A DNA stretch of 64,000 nucleotides from NCBI GenBank assembly GCA_032718475.1, contig JAUCBJ010001945.1, positions 39,434 to 103,433 on the forward strand, given 5' to 3'. The notes below the pieces were generated by a model. It saw nothing but the letters and a program-made list of their open reading frames with translations. It ran no database searches and was not told the DNA's origin. Source of the DNA: Nemertoderma westbladi (taxonomy: Eukaryota; Animalia; Xenacoelomorpha). Shown here piece by piece: positions 23,728-36,819 of the stretch. Made by a program: the position numbers and the translations under genes. The number at the start of each line of letters is the position of its first letter. Positions within the stretch are counted from its first letter, which is position 1.

Positions 23728-24465
23728 CACCTTGCGTAGGCCCTACCCATCGACCAGATTTTCTATACTACCTAGTTTTTCTACGTTTTTTTATGTTCCA
23801 GAACGTGTTCGCTATCAATTTATTAAGAAAAATATTAATGTTCTAGAACACATTTTTTTTTGTTCTGACAATTTTATTTAAAAAAACATATTTTTTAAAC
23901 TAGCTAGTTTTTGAGACTTTTTTTAAATGTTCTAGAACATGTTGTTTGTTATGTTAGCTATCCATTACGAAAAATAGTAATGTTCTAGAACACATAATTT
24001 TGGTTCTAGAATATTTCTTCGAAAGAAAATTTAATAGTACAGGGATCGTTATAGAACCTGTATTAAAAACAAATTGTCATTTCAAATGATTGGCCCTCTT
24101 ATAGTAACTTACAGTATTTTGAATCTAGAACGTAGGCCTATAACACACAAACACTCGATTTATATTGTTATAGGAGGATTTGTTTGGTAGTTAATGTTAT
24201 AAATATGAGAGGTGGAGGTGGTGATGAGGGTCGTCACTCCTATATTACACTTACAAAAGATTGTATATAATATAAAATAATTCACCGCAAATTTGAGTAG
24301 TGAAAATGAAGTTATTTTTTAAAATAAAATGTTATAGAACAAAAAATATTTATTCCTGAACACAATTTGTTTTAAAAATAAATATAAAAAGTGTTCTAGA
24401 ACCCTTAAAAAAAGGTAACAAAAATTAGCTCGTGTAAATAATCTCGTCTATGGGTACCCAAGGTG
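23728..24465. mobile_element. TA-flanked MITE with CACC...GGTG ends (Tc1/mariner-type)
   Basis: TA|caccttg...tacccat at left, atgggtacccaaggtg|TA at right; internal gttctagaac repeats. Confidence 0.6.
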
Positions 24466-25921
24466 TAGTTAAGCGAAATATTAGCTGGGAGTAGTGGGGG
24501 GTTATTGTTTCACTGAGGTACCAATTATAGGCCTACGCATTGCAATTGGATATTCACACTGACTACATGAAGGGATAGTTTATGGTTTTATCTCTCGAAC
24601 CCAACCCCTTCAAATCCAGATATCTTCAAAACCTTTCGACGGAAACTTTTGGATAATTGTATATTACAGCTTAGTTAAAGATTCTATAAAAAAAAGTTCC
24701 GTATGCAGTCGCATTTTCCAAAATTTTTTTATGAAATACAATAGGCATATATTATGACTTATTTAGAACTAAATTACCATCGTTGACTTCCACAAAACAT
24801 TTTTCAAATAATAGCTAATTTCAGAACAATTGCTATTGCTACCGCTAATAAAAAATCAAGGTATATTTTTTAAATTAGCTATATGTTCTAGAATTTAAAT
24901 TTTTTACTTTATTTTTGTTCTAGAATAGTATATAATACTTTTCTATTGTTCTAGAACTCTTCAACGTTGCCATAGTAACAATGAGATATGTTTTTAAAAT
25001 GTAGTGCTATACGGAAATCTAGCCTAAAAAAAGTAGAAAAAACTAGCTTGTATAAAAAATAAAATTGTGTTCTAGAACAAAAATACTTTTCCAAATTGAT
25101 AGTCAACACATGTTCTATAATATTTATCAAAAATTAGCAAAGACTAGCTAGTATAAGATGTTATTACTTAATAAAAAATTACGAGCTAGTCGATTAGCTA
25201 ATGTTCTAGAACACAATGTATTTTTTGAAAAATGTTGGATTGAAGTCAGTGGTGATATTACTATGCAAAAAGGACATAAGTTCATTAATTAATATCAAAG
25301 ATGTCTAAGATGAATATCAGATGGGATTGGAAGATGCAAACCAAGAATGACTTGCATCAACCAAAAACTGCCTCCCATCTAATGTAATACACATTCGCCT
25401 AGGCAAACAAATCATAATCACAATTACTGCGATGTATTAAATGTTATCCATATCCGTAACCTGGGAAACGGTCCCAAAGAGCAGTTTATTTTGCGGAGGG
25501 GTCTTTCTGTATTAGAAAAATAAAATAAAGAATACGAATTATTTATACCTAATACATTCTCAGTTAGCCTAATACAAACATCGGAGCAACCAATATAATG
25601 TACAGTACATGTACAAGCCTCGACTATGAAAGTTTGTGAAATCTTCCATTAAGTCTACCCAACAGCCGTTGGTACCCGGCTGGCACCCTGGTTTAGTTTT
25701 CTGGTTTTGTTAGTTTAATCGTCAGCTGTTGTAAACGTCCCAGATATACAAAACCTACTAAACCTATACATTATAATTGACCTTAGCCTGAGTTAGTTGA
25801 TGACAGTATTATAACAATGACAATAGACCCTATATATACATTACGACATATAAATGATGTACTGCTTGCATTTACACTAACTGACTGAATAGAGATAGAA
25901 CAATAATTTACGATATAATTA

Positions 25922-26802
25922 CACCACAACCCTTAATACAACAACCATTTTTAGGGGGTCGGAGCCCCCCCCCCCCCCTAATTTTTTTCAAATTTCAATA
26001 AAATGCTACGAAATTTGGTATGATGATAGATCGACACCTTTTCTTACTGGTGGCCTGGCCGGATTTTTTAATTTATGAGCTATTTCGATACAACAAGCCG
26101 TTAAAAATCGTATATTTCGCAATATTTAGCCACCTCCGTCGGCTTTATTTTTCGTCTTTGGAATGAAATCTAGATATAATTAGATCCGCCTTCATCTGCA
26201 GATTCCGAATCTCAAACCCTTTGTAAATTTCACCAAGAACTTCCGGAGATATTATCAAAATACTAAGGTGTAAATTTTTGTGACGTAAATCCCAATAATT
26301 CTAATGTTTTTTTTACTCAATTCTAGAATATTAATTATGGATAATGAAAAAACAAGATCGAGAGTTTTAAACGCTCAGCTAAATAATAATTAATATTCTA
26401 GAATAAAGACAACAAAACATCAGAATTATGGCGATTTACGTCATATAAATTTACCCCTTAGTATTTTGATAATATTTCCGGAAGTTCTTGGTGAAATTTA
26501 CAACGGGTTTCATATTCGGAATCTGCAGATGAAGGCGGTTCTAATGATATCTAGATTTAATTCCAAAGACGAAACATAAAGCTGACGGAGGTGGCTAAAT
26601 ATTGCGAAATATACGATTTTTAACGGCTTGTTGTATCGAAATAGCTCATAAATTAAAAAATCCGGCCAGGCCACCAGTAAGAAAATGTGTCGATCTATCA
26701 TCATACCAAATTTCGTAGTATTTTATTGAAATTTGAAAAAAATTAGGGGGGGGGGGGGGCTCCGACCTCCTAAAAATGGTTGTTGTATTAAGGGTTATGG
26801 TG
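25922..26802. mobile_element. Foldback MITE with about 415-bp inverted arms, TA TSD
   Basis: TA|caccacaacccttaatacaac... and ...gttgtattaagggttatggtg|TA; arms mirror each other up to a short spacer near 26340-26385. Confidence 0.85.
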
Positions 26803-28211
26803 TAAATATACGTAACTCCAATTGAGAATAAGTAGTGAAATGTTGTTCAGCTGTAAAAGTGTAGTTGTGGGTATTTAATTTCGCGTTCCATAATGTTGAT
26901 AGTATGCTAATATTTCGAATATCGCACATCGAATCGTTCCCAACTCTTTTTATTCAACAACTAAATAATAATTGATAAAGAGTTGCGTTTACAATTTTTT
27001 AATACAAGCAAGTGGTTTGAAGCCATTTGGTGGTTATACATACAAACATACAGTACATCCATCATGTTTTTGCCGGCCTCAGCTTTAGACAAAAACTACC
27101 CAGTATAAAGACAGATTCGTTATTAAGTTTAAAGACAAATTTTCAAGCGTAGGAAACGTTAGCTAGTGGAAACAGTTGGATGGGGTGTCGAAATGGCGTA
27201 TGGCGAATCAATACCCCAAACAGTAAATCACCCACCCATAGGCCTATTGGTTTGTTTATACGGTAACTTAAAGGTAGGCGGCCTACTGGTGTGTCATACT
27301 AGGTAGACAAACCCCCCTTAAAATTTTATGCACCAGCTACTTTTTGCCATTCTTTTTTGGAAAATGTTCTAGAACATGTTGGCTAGTATAAAAAAATTAA
27401 AAATGTGCAAATACTTTCTGTTCTCTGGAACATCGTAGCTATTCGGAACTGTAGAAAGTTTCTCGAACAAAAATTTTTTGTTCCAGAAGATTATATAAAA
27501 AATATAATATTTTTGTTTAATCTAATAAAAAAAAGTTTTTTAATAATCTCTTTGGTTTTCACTATCAGACAATTCGTCATTACATCATTTTATTCAAGTT
27601 ACAGGACTGGTTACTGGAATTATAGCCTCGAAAATCGTAGAATCTCATATTTTTGATCAAAAAATGCCAATATGACTTACCACCACTAAAATTACACCAT
27701 GTCCTGGAATATAGTGTCGTTATTCAGGTACATACCCCCCCCCCCCCCAAATTTTTCTACAAATCTTAATGAGATTGCATGAAATTTGAAACAGAGATAG
27801 TTTCACCTCCCTCCTCCTTACTGGGTGAGCCAGAATTTTTATTTTTGCTTTCATTCTTTAGCTACAAGCGTTTAAAAAAAGTGTCTCCGTCGATATTGCA
27901 CCAGTTACACCGCAGTTATTCTTCAAACATTTAGTGATTTCTTGGAACTAGTGGAAAGCTGACCGACCGTGCAAGGATTCCAAATATGTAAAAATATTTA
28001 TATTTGGTTGGGAAATACCTGAGATATGGGCATTCGAATTTTGCATGTATTTGATTCCGCTGCAGGCCATTTATTATATTAAATAAATACACAATGTTCT
28101 AGAACATTTTGTTTATCTCATAAGTAGCTTGGCAACAATGCAATGCCTACATGATAATACTAGTTTATAGATATTCCAGATATTCCCACATAATCAAAAT
28201 GTAGTTCCGAC

Positions 28212-28845
28212 GTGGCTACATTTTGTACTTATAGTTCCGCCCATGGCTACATGTTGTTCTTATAGTTCCCGAGATCCACCCGTGGCTATATTTTGTTCTT
28301 ATAGTCCAATAGCTACATTTTGTTCTTATAGTCCAATAGCTACATTTTGTTCTTATAGTCCAATAGCTACATTTTGTTCTTATAGTCCAATAGCTACATT
28401 TTGTTCTTATAGTTTCGCCTGTTGCTACATTTTGTTCTTATAGTTTCGCCTGTTGCTACATTTTGTTCTTATAGTTCCATCCGTGGCAACATTTTGTTCT
28501 TGTAGTTCCACCCGTAGCTACATTTTGCACTTATAGTTCCGCCCATGGCTACATTAAGTTAATATAGTTACGCCCATGGCTACATTTTGTTCTTATAGTT
28601 CCGCCCGTAGCTACTGTTTTGTTCTTATAGTTCCATCCGTTGCTATATTTTGTTCTTATAGTTCCACCCGTAGCTACTATTTTGTTCTTATAATTCCGTC
28701 CATTGCTAAATTTCGTTCTTATAGTTCCGTCCGTGGCTACATTTTGTTCTTATCGTTCCGCCCGTAGCTACTATTTTGTTCTAATAGTTCCGTCCATTGC
28801 TAAATTTTGTTCTTATAGTTCCGTCCGTTGCTAAATTTTGTTCTT
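28212..28845. repeat. 27-32-bp minisatellite (gctacattttgttcttatagttccgcccgtg)
   Basis: About 20 units. Confidence 0.9.
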
Positions 28846-28959
28846 TTAAATAAATATAAATTTAATCAATAAATCAATAAAATAAAATCAATAAATTTAT
28901 TGTCAATTAGAATTATAGTCCCACGCACATTAAATAGTTCAATGACTACAACAATTAGC

Positions 28960-30333
28960 TTAGTGCTGCTTGTCGGAAGGCAATTTTTTTTTAGCGAATG
29001 TTAAAGCAAACAAGTAGCACAAAGGTAAAGTTAAATGCATAATAAAATAAATCGAAGACCAATATGTGAACGTATCCTTAGCAGAGAGTAGCAGGAATCC
29101 CATGGCCAGATAGTCGAAATGACGCATCTTAAAGAACCAGTTGCACCAATCGAACAATGCGAGTTGACTAGGGTTATTAGCGACACGGCTGCGAAGTTTA
29201 TTGCGGACAAAGTCCTCGACATAGACGATAACGGGGACAGTGAGGAAGCTCAGGTAGTACCCGGAATGGATTCCGTGCCAGTAGGCGCTAATCCACATGG
29301 TGATGGTGGTCCGTAATGGTGCCAGACTGGCGGGGACTCGTCTGTAGACGTAGTGGGACAGCCACCACTGGACCGTCATGTTCCAGGAACGCATTCCCTC
29401 CCGGAATGTCGTCCCAAAATCGCAACCGTATAGGTCCACATTGTAGATTGTGCGGAAGTCGATATCGTCGCGTTCGAAGGTCTCTTTAACGTCCCCCTCG
29501 GCGGTGTCCGAAGGGCCCAGGCCGGAGCGCGACTTACACGACTTGGGGTAGGCCCCGAGATGGGCCGCCATACAGACCAGTTCCGATGAGATCCAAGCGA
29601 AATACATCCGAGAGCGAAACACAACGAAACTCGCGACCATGAAGAACAAACGGAAGGCGAAATGGCGATCCCCAAACGCAGACGTGGTGACGTAGTCCAG
29701 AGGAAAATAATAGCTGGTTACGAGGAAGGCTAAACCGATAAACGGTAGATACTTCCCGCGATCTAAAATTCTTGGCAACAATTTGTTTAGCGGTAAATAT
29801 TCTCTGCGTTGGATCATATGAGAGAAGGTTTTGTAGGTAAAGTGGGGCCCAGTGAGGAGCCCCAAGAAGCAGTACGAGTAGGTAAACAGTTCGTAACAGA
29901 GAATGTACCAGCTTGGTTCCTTCTTACGGGGTTTGTGTTCGTCGAGGTTTAATAAATCGGGATTATCGTGGAGCTCAAATCCAAACCCGACGAGTTTTAG
30001 AGTCAATAAAAGTTGAATGACATTGGTGAAGGATGATGCTTTAGGGAGACCGAATGTGGTAGACAGTCTGACGAATAGAAGGAAGACGAAGCTCGTGAGG
30101 AAGTTTACTTTATAGCCGATAGACGTGGGTAATAGTGCGAGTACGAGGAATGTAAGAGTGGTGGCCGCCAGAGAGAATATAACCTGGTAACGGCAGGTTG
30201 TTACAGCGAGAAGTAACCCTACCAGAGTGCAGTAGATAATTCGAGTGGTGCCTGTAGGAACGCGGTTAACTGGGAACGCAAGGAGGAACGAAACGATCAG
30301 TACAAGTAAATAAATCCATTCGTCGTCAGTCAT
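28960..30333 (-). CDS. MBOAT7: Lysophospholipid acyltransferase 7 (MBOAT family), intronless
   Basis: Y.YC..GLLTGP, WNMTVQWWL and catalytic SAYWHG.H.GYYLSF motifs; AATAAA on minus strand at 28896-28901. Confidence 0.92.
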   Translation of the reverse strand: MTDDEWIYLLVLIVSFLLAFPVNRVPTGTTRIIYCTLVGLLLAVTTCRYQVIFSLAATTLTFLVLALLPTSIGYKVNFLTSFVFLLFVRLSTTFGLPKASSFTNVIQLLLTLKLVGFGFELHDNPDLLNLDEHKPRKKEPSWYILCYELFTYSYCFLGLLTGPHFTYKTFSHMIQRREYLPLNKLLPRILDRGKYLPFIGLAFLVTSYYFPLDYVTTSAFGDRHFAFRLFFMVASFVVFRSRMYFAWISSELVCMAAHLGAYPKSCKSRSGLGPSDTAEGDVKETFERDDIDFRTIYNVDLYGCDFGTTFREGMRSWNMTVQWWLSHYVYRRVPASLAPLRTTITMWISAYWHGIHSGYYLSFLTVPVIVYVEDFVRNKLRSRVANNPSQLALFDWCNWFFKMRHFDYLAMGFLLLSAKDTFTYWSSIYFIMHLTLPLCYLFALTFAKKKLPSDKQH

Positions 30334-31207
30334 AGTTCCCTCGCTAAATCCAATGTATCTTTTAGCCGATAAATATATCCGGCTAATTACAGACAGGCGT
30401 ATATTTTTTACAACCGGTATACTAAAATAAACATTAGCCTACAAGCGATGCACTAATTATACTATCACAACGTAATGACTTCACATATACAGATATGTAC
30501 TTAATAGAAAGTGAAACTGAAACTATTTAAAATGTGTACCAGTTTCGTACATTATTTGCAGTATAAACCACAGACAAGTATTCATCAAGTGGGGAAACTT
30601 GGCGCAAATCTCATCAATATTGTAAAAGGGAAAGGAACAGCTTACATTAGCACGTTATTCCAACCAAAACAATACACGAGATTAAACCATCATTTTCTGT
30701 TATTTGCACCGATTTTACACTTGAGAGGTTAATTTTGATTGCGTCAAGAAAGAGTGTTTATTGTTTTGGTTATAATATGCCACTGTAAGACGGGTTATTA
30801 ATTCAGCGAGCTATTTGCACTGCCAATACCCCCCCCCCCCCCACCCCGCTGTCGCATAAGGAATAAACCAATAATATTATAACGAAGTATTTAATAGTAT
30901 TCACATTAAAAAAGGATTCAAATTACTAGAGGAGACCCCTTTAATAACCCTTTAATTACTTACTACTAGTATACCGGTACTAACTATACACTATACACAG
31001 CTATAGGCAGCATGGTAGATTTTAATTAAAAGATGCCAATAAAATTAATGATTGACATATTATCACAAATAAAGTTGAACAAACTCGCGATTGCCACATC
31101 CCCGTCTCCATGGTGTCCTATGTCAATACGTACAAAAATAAAATATCTAATAAATATACCGAATACAATAAAACAATGTAGTTTGCAGGTTTGTGTGGAA
31201 TTTACTC

Positions 31208-31921
31208 CTACAAACATATGTTGTACAAGAATCCATCGTCGTTATCTTCTATAAGCTGTTGCGTGGCGACCGCTGACATCACTAATTCAGACTTCCACCT
31301 GTGACAGTCGACAAGCGGCTCCCCTTTAGTCATCGCATATAAGTAGTAATGGAACGAGTCTCCCTGGTTGAGTACCTGAGTGCTGACACTCCAACCGTAA
31401 CGCCCTCTAGCTAGCACCGGCTCTCGGAAGTGAGGCTGTCCGAAGGAGATGGACAGGAACCGGCCGTGGGTGGAGAGAATCCGCGCCACTTCGGATAAGG
31501 TCGCGTCTACCGCGGCCTCGGTCCGGGGTGACAGTGTCCAAGGGGACGGGTCGGAGGCGAATAGCGCGTCTAGGGTCGCCTTCTCGACGACAGCGTCGAA
31601 CGTGTCGTCCGGGATTCCGGACATCCGAGTCATGTCGACCTCCCGCCACTCCAGGTCCGGGAAGCGATCCCTTTGGCGCGCAATACACACCGAGGAAACG
31701 TCTGAGTTTACGACGCGGAGGAACCCCAGACCACGGACTAGGTCCGACGAGAGACGACTCGTCCCGCAGCCCAAGACCAGGACTCGGGCATTCCTGTCTG
31801 GGAGTTCCTTTTCTATGAGATCTAGGATTTTCTGGTAACACGGGCCTAACCATTCGTGGCCATCTTCACTCCCGTATCTGTCGTCCCAATATGAGACGGA
31901 CGAATAATCCGGTGGCTTCAT
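31208..31921 (-). CDS. EEF1AKMT4: eEF1A lysine methyltransferase 4-like class I methyltransferase, intronless
   Basis: YWD.RY, VLVLGCGTS.LS, FDAVVEKATLDAL...PW and SISFGQPHFR motifs; ATG at 31921. Confidence 0.8.
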   Translation of the reverse strand: MKPPDYSSVSYWDDRYGSEDGHEWLGPCYQKILDLIEKELPDRNARVLVLGCGTSRLSSDLVRGLGFLRVVNSDVSSVCIARQRDRFPDLEWREVDMTRMSGIPDDTFDAVVEKATLDALFASDPSPWTLSPRTEAAVDATLSEVARILSTHGRFLSISFGQPHFREPVLARGRYGWSVSTQVLNQGDSFHYYLYAMTKGEPLVDCHRWKSELVMSAVATQQLIEDNDDGFLYNICL

Positions 31922-32701
31922 AAACAAATAATAATTTATAAAAGTTTGTTTACGTTACACCGTAGTACATACTGACATAGTAGACCTACCTGCTGTGCTG
32001 ACCTGGTTGGCTGGCTGCCTGGTATAGGCCTACAATTCTACAATAACTGAATAAACAAGCGCGAAATCGCGCAAAGGTCCGCGTCTACTAACGCATGAAC
32101 TTTCTCCTTGAACAGTTGAATGGCTTAGGCCTACTACCAAACCAATCTTACAAATAAAAATATTCACCCATGATCCATGAACTGTCTCCTTGAATGGCTT
32201 ACTACCCTGCTACCGGTAGGCTACCAATCTTACAACAAAAAACACTCACAGGGAGGGATGGGGGTACCTAGAGATTCCCAAGTCCCACGCTCTGTCAACT
32301 GAGTCACTGCAGCACTGGGGCCGTATCAATCCTTAATACCAAAACCTAGCGAGAAATTAACAACAACAACACCAACAACGGAGTTAATAACTGTAATAGG
32401 CCTACTGGAGCAGAGGTCTCGCTACACTTACACGGACCTAAAAATGTTATAAATAAATTAGGCCTAAAGCTACAGCTGTACAGTATCCTGGTATCAGGAC
32501 TGCAGGACTAACGTGTGAACATTATTAGTTTGTTCTAGAAAGTTTAAGTGCATAACTACTAATAATTAATTCCCCACAAATAAATAAAATTAGATTAGCC
32601 ATTGTTCATAATTAGCACTTTAAAGCTATACGGCCCTCGTTCAATTATTTGATTAAATTATGATTTGATTAGATTTGATTAAAATCACTCGTGCTGGAAC
32701 G

Positions 32702-33386
32702 TACGGTGGCTGAATTGTGCCACTTAATACTTTTTTTTATTTATTTTTTTAAGGGACTTTTTGGTCGACCAAAAAGTACTTTTTGGTCGACCAATAAGTC
32801 GACTTTTTGGTCGACCAAAAAGTACTTTTTGGTCGACCAATAAGTACTTTTTGGTCGACCAAAAAGTCGACTTTTTGGTCGACCAATAAGTAGTTTTTGG
32901 TCGACCAAAAAGTACTTTTTGGTCGACCAAAAAGTCGACTTATTGGTCGACCAAAAAGTACTTTTTGGTCGACCAAAAAGTCTGGAAGTATTATCCAATA
33001 GAAAACATACAACTATTTTCGAGGCAAAATCAAATTACATTAAGTGAATTAGGTGGTTATTTAAAACCGTAACACTATCATGATGAAGGATTAATATCCT
33101 AGGTACCGGTAGGCCTAGCGATCAATGTGTTTAACAAAGCTTTATGTACACCGGTACAGTAATTTGATTTTACCTCCAAAATAGTTATATATATGTTTTC
33201 TATTGGATAATACTTCCAGACTTTTTGGTCGACCAAAAAGTACTTTTTGGTCGACCAAAAACTACTTTTTGGTCGACCAAAAAGTCGACTTATTGGTCGA
33301 CCAAAAAGTACTTTTTGGTCGACCAAAAAGTCGCTTCAAAAAAAATAATAAAAAAAAGTATTAAGTGGCACAATTCAGCCACCGTA
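32702..33386. mobile_element. IS3EU-like non-autonomous DNA transposon
   Basis: TIR TACGGTGGCTGAATTGTGCCACTTAATAC; 6-bp TSD GGAACG (32696-32701 and 33387-33392); arms made of palindromic ttttggtcgaccaaaa repeats. Confidence 0.75.
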
Positions 33387-34487
33387 GGAACGCTATAAAG
33401 TGCTATTTTATGAACAATGACGTATATAGTTATTATTTCCGCCTTAAAACGCAATAATGTTTATCTTGCCAGCCATTACGAAATAAGATGAATATATATT
33501 ATGTAAGTCTTTATCGTGGTGCAATGCATACTGCTGTACCAGTGTGTGTACTGTATAACACGTTCGTGGGGCTATCGCGCAGGACGAGGCTCAGTTATTA
33601 GATACATATTAAAATTGAGCAATTCTATCCCAAAATCGGTACTAAAGAAATTTAAATAAATAAATAAGAAATTTAACCAAACCGCCTATAAGAATAAATC
33701 AAAGAAGAAAAGAAAGTTTCCCTTACCTTATGCCGATAGTATTAATACTGAAATATTAATTTATCATGTTAATGCCTCAACGAAATCATTTAGCTAATAT
33801 CTAAAGAATCACCATTAAATTCAGCCAATCATTGTGCAAGATAGAGCAAGCTCAGTGGCAGGATGATTGGAATGTTTCCCATCTAATAGGCAATATCAAG
33901 AATGCCAAGGAATGATGAGATTGGAAGTATAGAGTGATGGAATGCATTTTAACTTAATTATGTTTAGATCCATTAAAAACACATTTCTTAAAGCAAATCT
34001 CTTGAACTAATTAAAAACTATACTGGAATGACGAGTGATATCAAAATTGAGTTTACTGTAATTTTCTCCAAATCGTGCGTTGTCTTTTTTTCTGTCATTT
34101 GTATTTTTAAGTTTGAGATATATTTTTATTGATACCGGTACTGGCATAGGCCTAATTAAACAAAACAAACATCAGAACATACATAGAATAAACAAACATA
34201 GAATATTATTGATAGTCGGGGTGTAGTCCTGTAGTATCTGCTGATACCGGTACTGCAGTACTGTGATAGTTATGTGTGTGATAGCTTCATACCGGTACAT
34301 ATACAGATTACAGACAGATATCAGGATATAGGTCTAATTAAACTCCTCCATTGGCTCCTGTTGTCGTTGTCCTTGTGTTGTTGTGTATCTTAGTCTGTTA
34401 GTGTTGTAACCACGGTACCGTACCGTATCGCTACACTGGTCTGCTGGTATTGTAGCCATACGCCAACGCCATCTTGCCATCATCATT

Positions 34488-35882
34488 ATGAAATCGATTC
34501 CTTGTTGGAGCGAGAAAACTGGAGGTTGTATTTACGCAATTTGTTTGAATCCAGATGGTAGCGAACTTTTGGTGACCTCTGGAAGTAAAATAAACATAGT
34601 CAATGTAACGGATGGCAGCGTAATCAAGAGTTTAAAGGGACACAAAGACACGGTACTGTGTCTGTGTTACTCCCGCGATGGTAAACGCTTCGCTTCCGGG
34701 GGTGCCGATCGCGCCGTTATTATTTGGACTTCGGCCTATGAAGGGATTCTCAAGTACACCCACGGCGATTCCATACAGGCGCTCTCATACAACCCGCAGA
34801 CGCACCAGCTCGCCAGCTGCGCAATGTCCGACTTCGGTCTGTGGAGCCCCGAACAGAAATCCGTCTCGAAGCACAAGCTGTCGTCCCGGGTAACATCGTG
34901 CGGTTGGACCAACGACGGTCAGTTCCTCGCGTTGGGTCTCTACGGCGGCGCGGTTAGCGTACGCACCAAGTCGGGCGACGAGCGACTGCGTGTGGAGCGG
35001 GGCGAGCCGGTGTGGTGCGTGGCGTGGAGTCCCGCTAAAGGGGACGGCGACGTGCTGGCCGTCGCCGACTGGGGGAAGAAGCTCTCGATGTATCAACTCA
35101 ACGGGAAGCAGATAGGGAAGGACGTCGTTCTTCTGGGAGACCCGACGTGCCTCAGTTGGTTCCCCAACGGGCAATTCCTCCTAATCGGCTCCTCCGATAA
35201 GAAGCTCTACCTCCACTCCAAGGAAGGAGTCCGTCTGCAGGAGATCCAGTCCCTCCCTGGGTGGCCCTGGTCCGCGGTAGCACATTGCAACTCGCAGACT
35301 CTCGTCTACTCCGCCTGTCAGGAAGGCAGTCTCAGCAGCCACCAGCTAACCTTCAGCGTCGTCCACGGTCTCTACAAGGAGCGCTACGCTTACCGCGACA
35401 ACATGACTGACGTTGTCGTGCAGCACCTGATAACCGATCAAAAGATCAAGATCAAGTGTCGGGAGTTGGTGCAGAAGTTGGCGATCTACCGAGGGAGGTT
35501 GGCGGTGCAGTTGCCAGGACGTCTGGTAGTCTACGAGTTGTACACGGACGACGCCAACGATATGAGTTACAGAGTGAAGGAGCGCATCAACCAGTCCATG
35601 GAGTGTAACCTGCTAGTGGTGGCGAGTCATCATCTCGTTCTGTGCCAGGAGCGGCGACTCCAATGCGTCTCGTTCTTGGGTATCAAGGAGCGGGAATGGA
35701 CTGTGGAATCGACCATCCGTTACGTGAAGGCAATCGGTGGCCCGGTTGGAAGGGAGGGAATCCTACTCGGGTTGAAGTCCGGCTCCGTCCTCAAGATATT
35801 CGTGGACAATCCCTTCCCGGTCCAGATTCTCAAACACAATGTGGGGGTGCGTTGTCTGGATATGAGTCCTTCAAGGAAGCAG
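34488..35882 (+). CDS. IFT122: Intraflagellar transport protein 122, exon 1 (WD40 repeats)
   Basis: LKGHKDTV, GKRFASG, VVHGLYKERYAYRDNMTDV; donor CAG|GTAGGT at 35883. Confidence 0.93.
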
Positions 35883-36819
35883 GTAGGTACATACAGACAG
35901 ATGTTATACTCTAGTCTATACTCACTAACCATGTCCTGGAATACAAGTATAGTGTCTTAATTCAGGCACCAACCCCCCAACCCAACCTATTTTTTGCAAA
36001 TGTTAATGAGATGATTTAAAACTTATATATTTAAATATTCAAACTTTTATCGGGTGATATGTAATTTTTTATGAATTTTATTGAGAAATAACTAAGATAG
36101 ATATGAGCATTCGAAAGAATGTTTTGTATGATATGAGCTGAGCATTTGATCATATTTTTGTATTTCCGCGAGGATATTTATATATTTACAAAACATTCTA
36201 GAACAGTAAATAATATTGGAAAACCCCAATGTGATGCTGATAAACCCATTTCTACTAATTAAGTACCGGTACCGGGTAATCCCAAATGGTCATGTAAAAC
36301 AATTGGAAATTGTTGCGATTGTGGAGTCTGTATTTTTGAGAGATTAACCATTTCAATGTGTTTAGTTACAGTTTATGCTGAATCCGATGAAAATATCACT
36401 TCACACCTATACTCTTGTAGACCTACCCCTAGTGGATAAACTGAGCTGCAAGTAATGCTTAGCAGTCATTGGGTATTCTGCCGGTGCTCTTCCGTTTGTT
36501 TTTTTTTGTAAAATTTTCTATTATTTTATCACATAATATTAATTGCATTATAATATCCAATTATGTCGCTATTTCATGTTTTTGACGTACACCCAGTATT
36601 GTAAATTTTTACTTTATACTTTAACCTCGCAAATTTTCCTTTCATAATTCCCTTCAATTTCTTTAGCTAATAGCGTTGCCCAATCAGGGGGTATAATGAC
36701 TAACAACCATTCTACGTTTACCTCTCACACTAACACGTTCGTGTTAAACGAATTAAAATTGTTTGATTAATTTGACAAATTAATTTCAAAAACACAGCAC
36801 AACACAGCTACAGTATTCC

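Noticed and set aside
35883-35960. C-terminal end of the 490-aa ORF
   Set aside because: Read-through into the intron; homology continues at 41043
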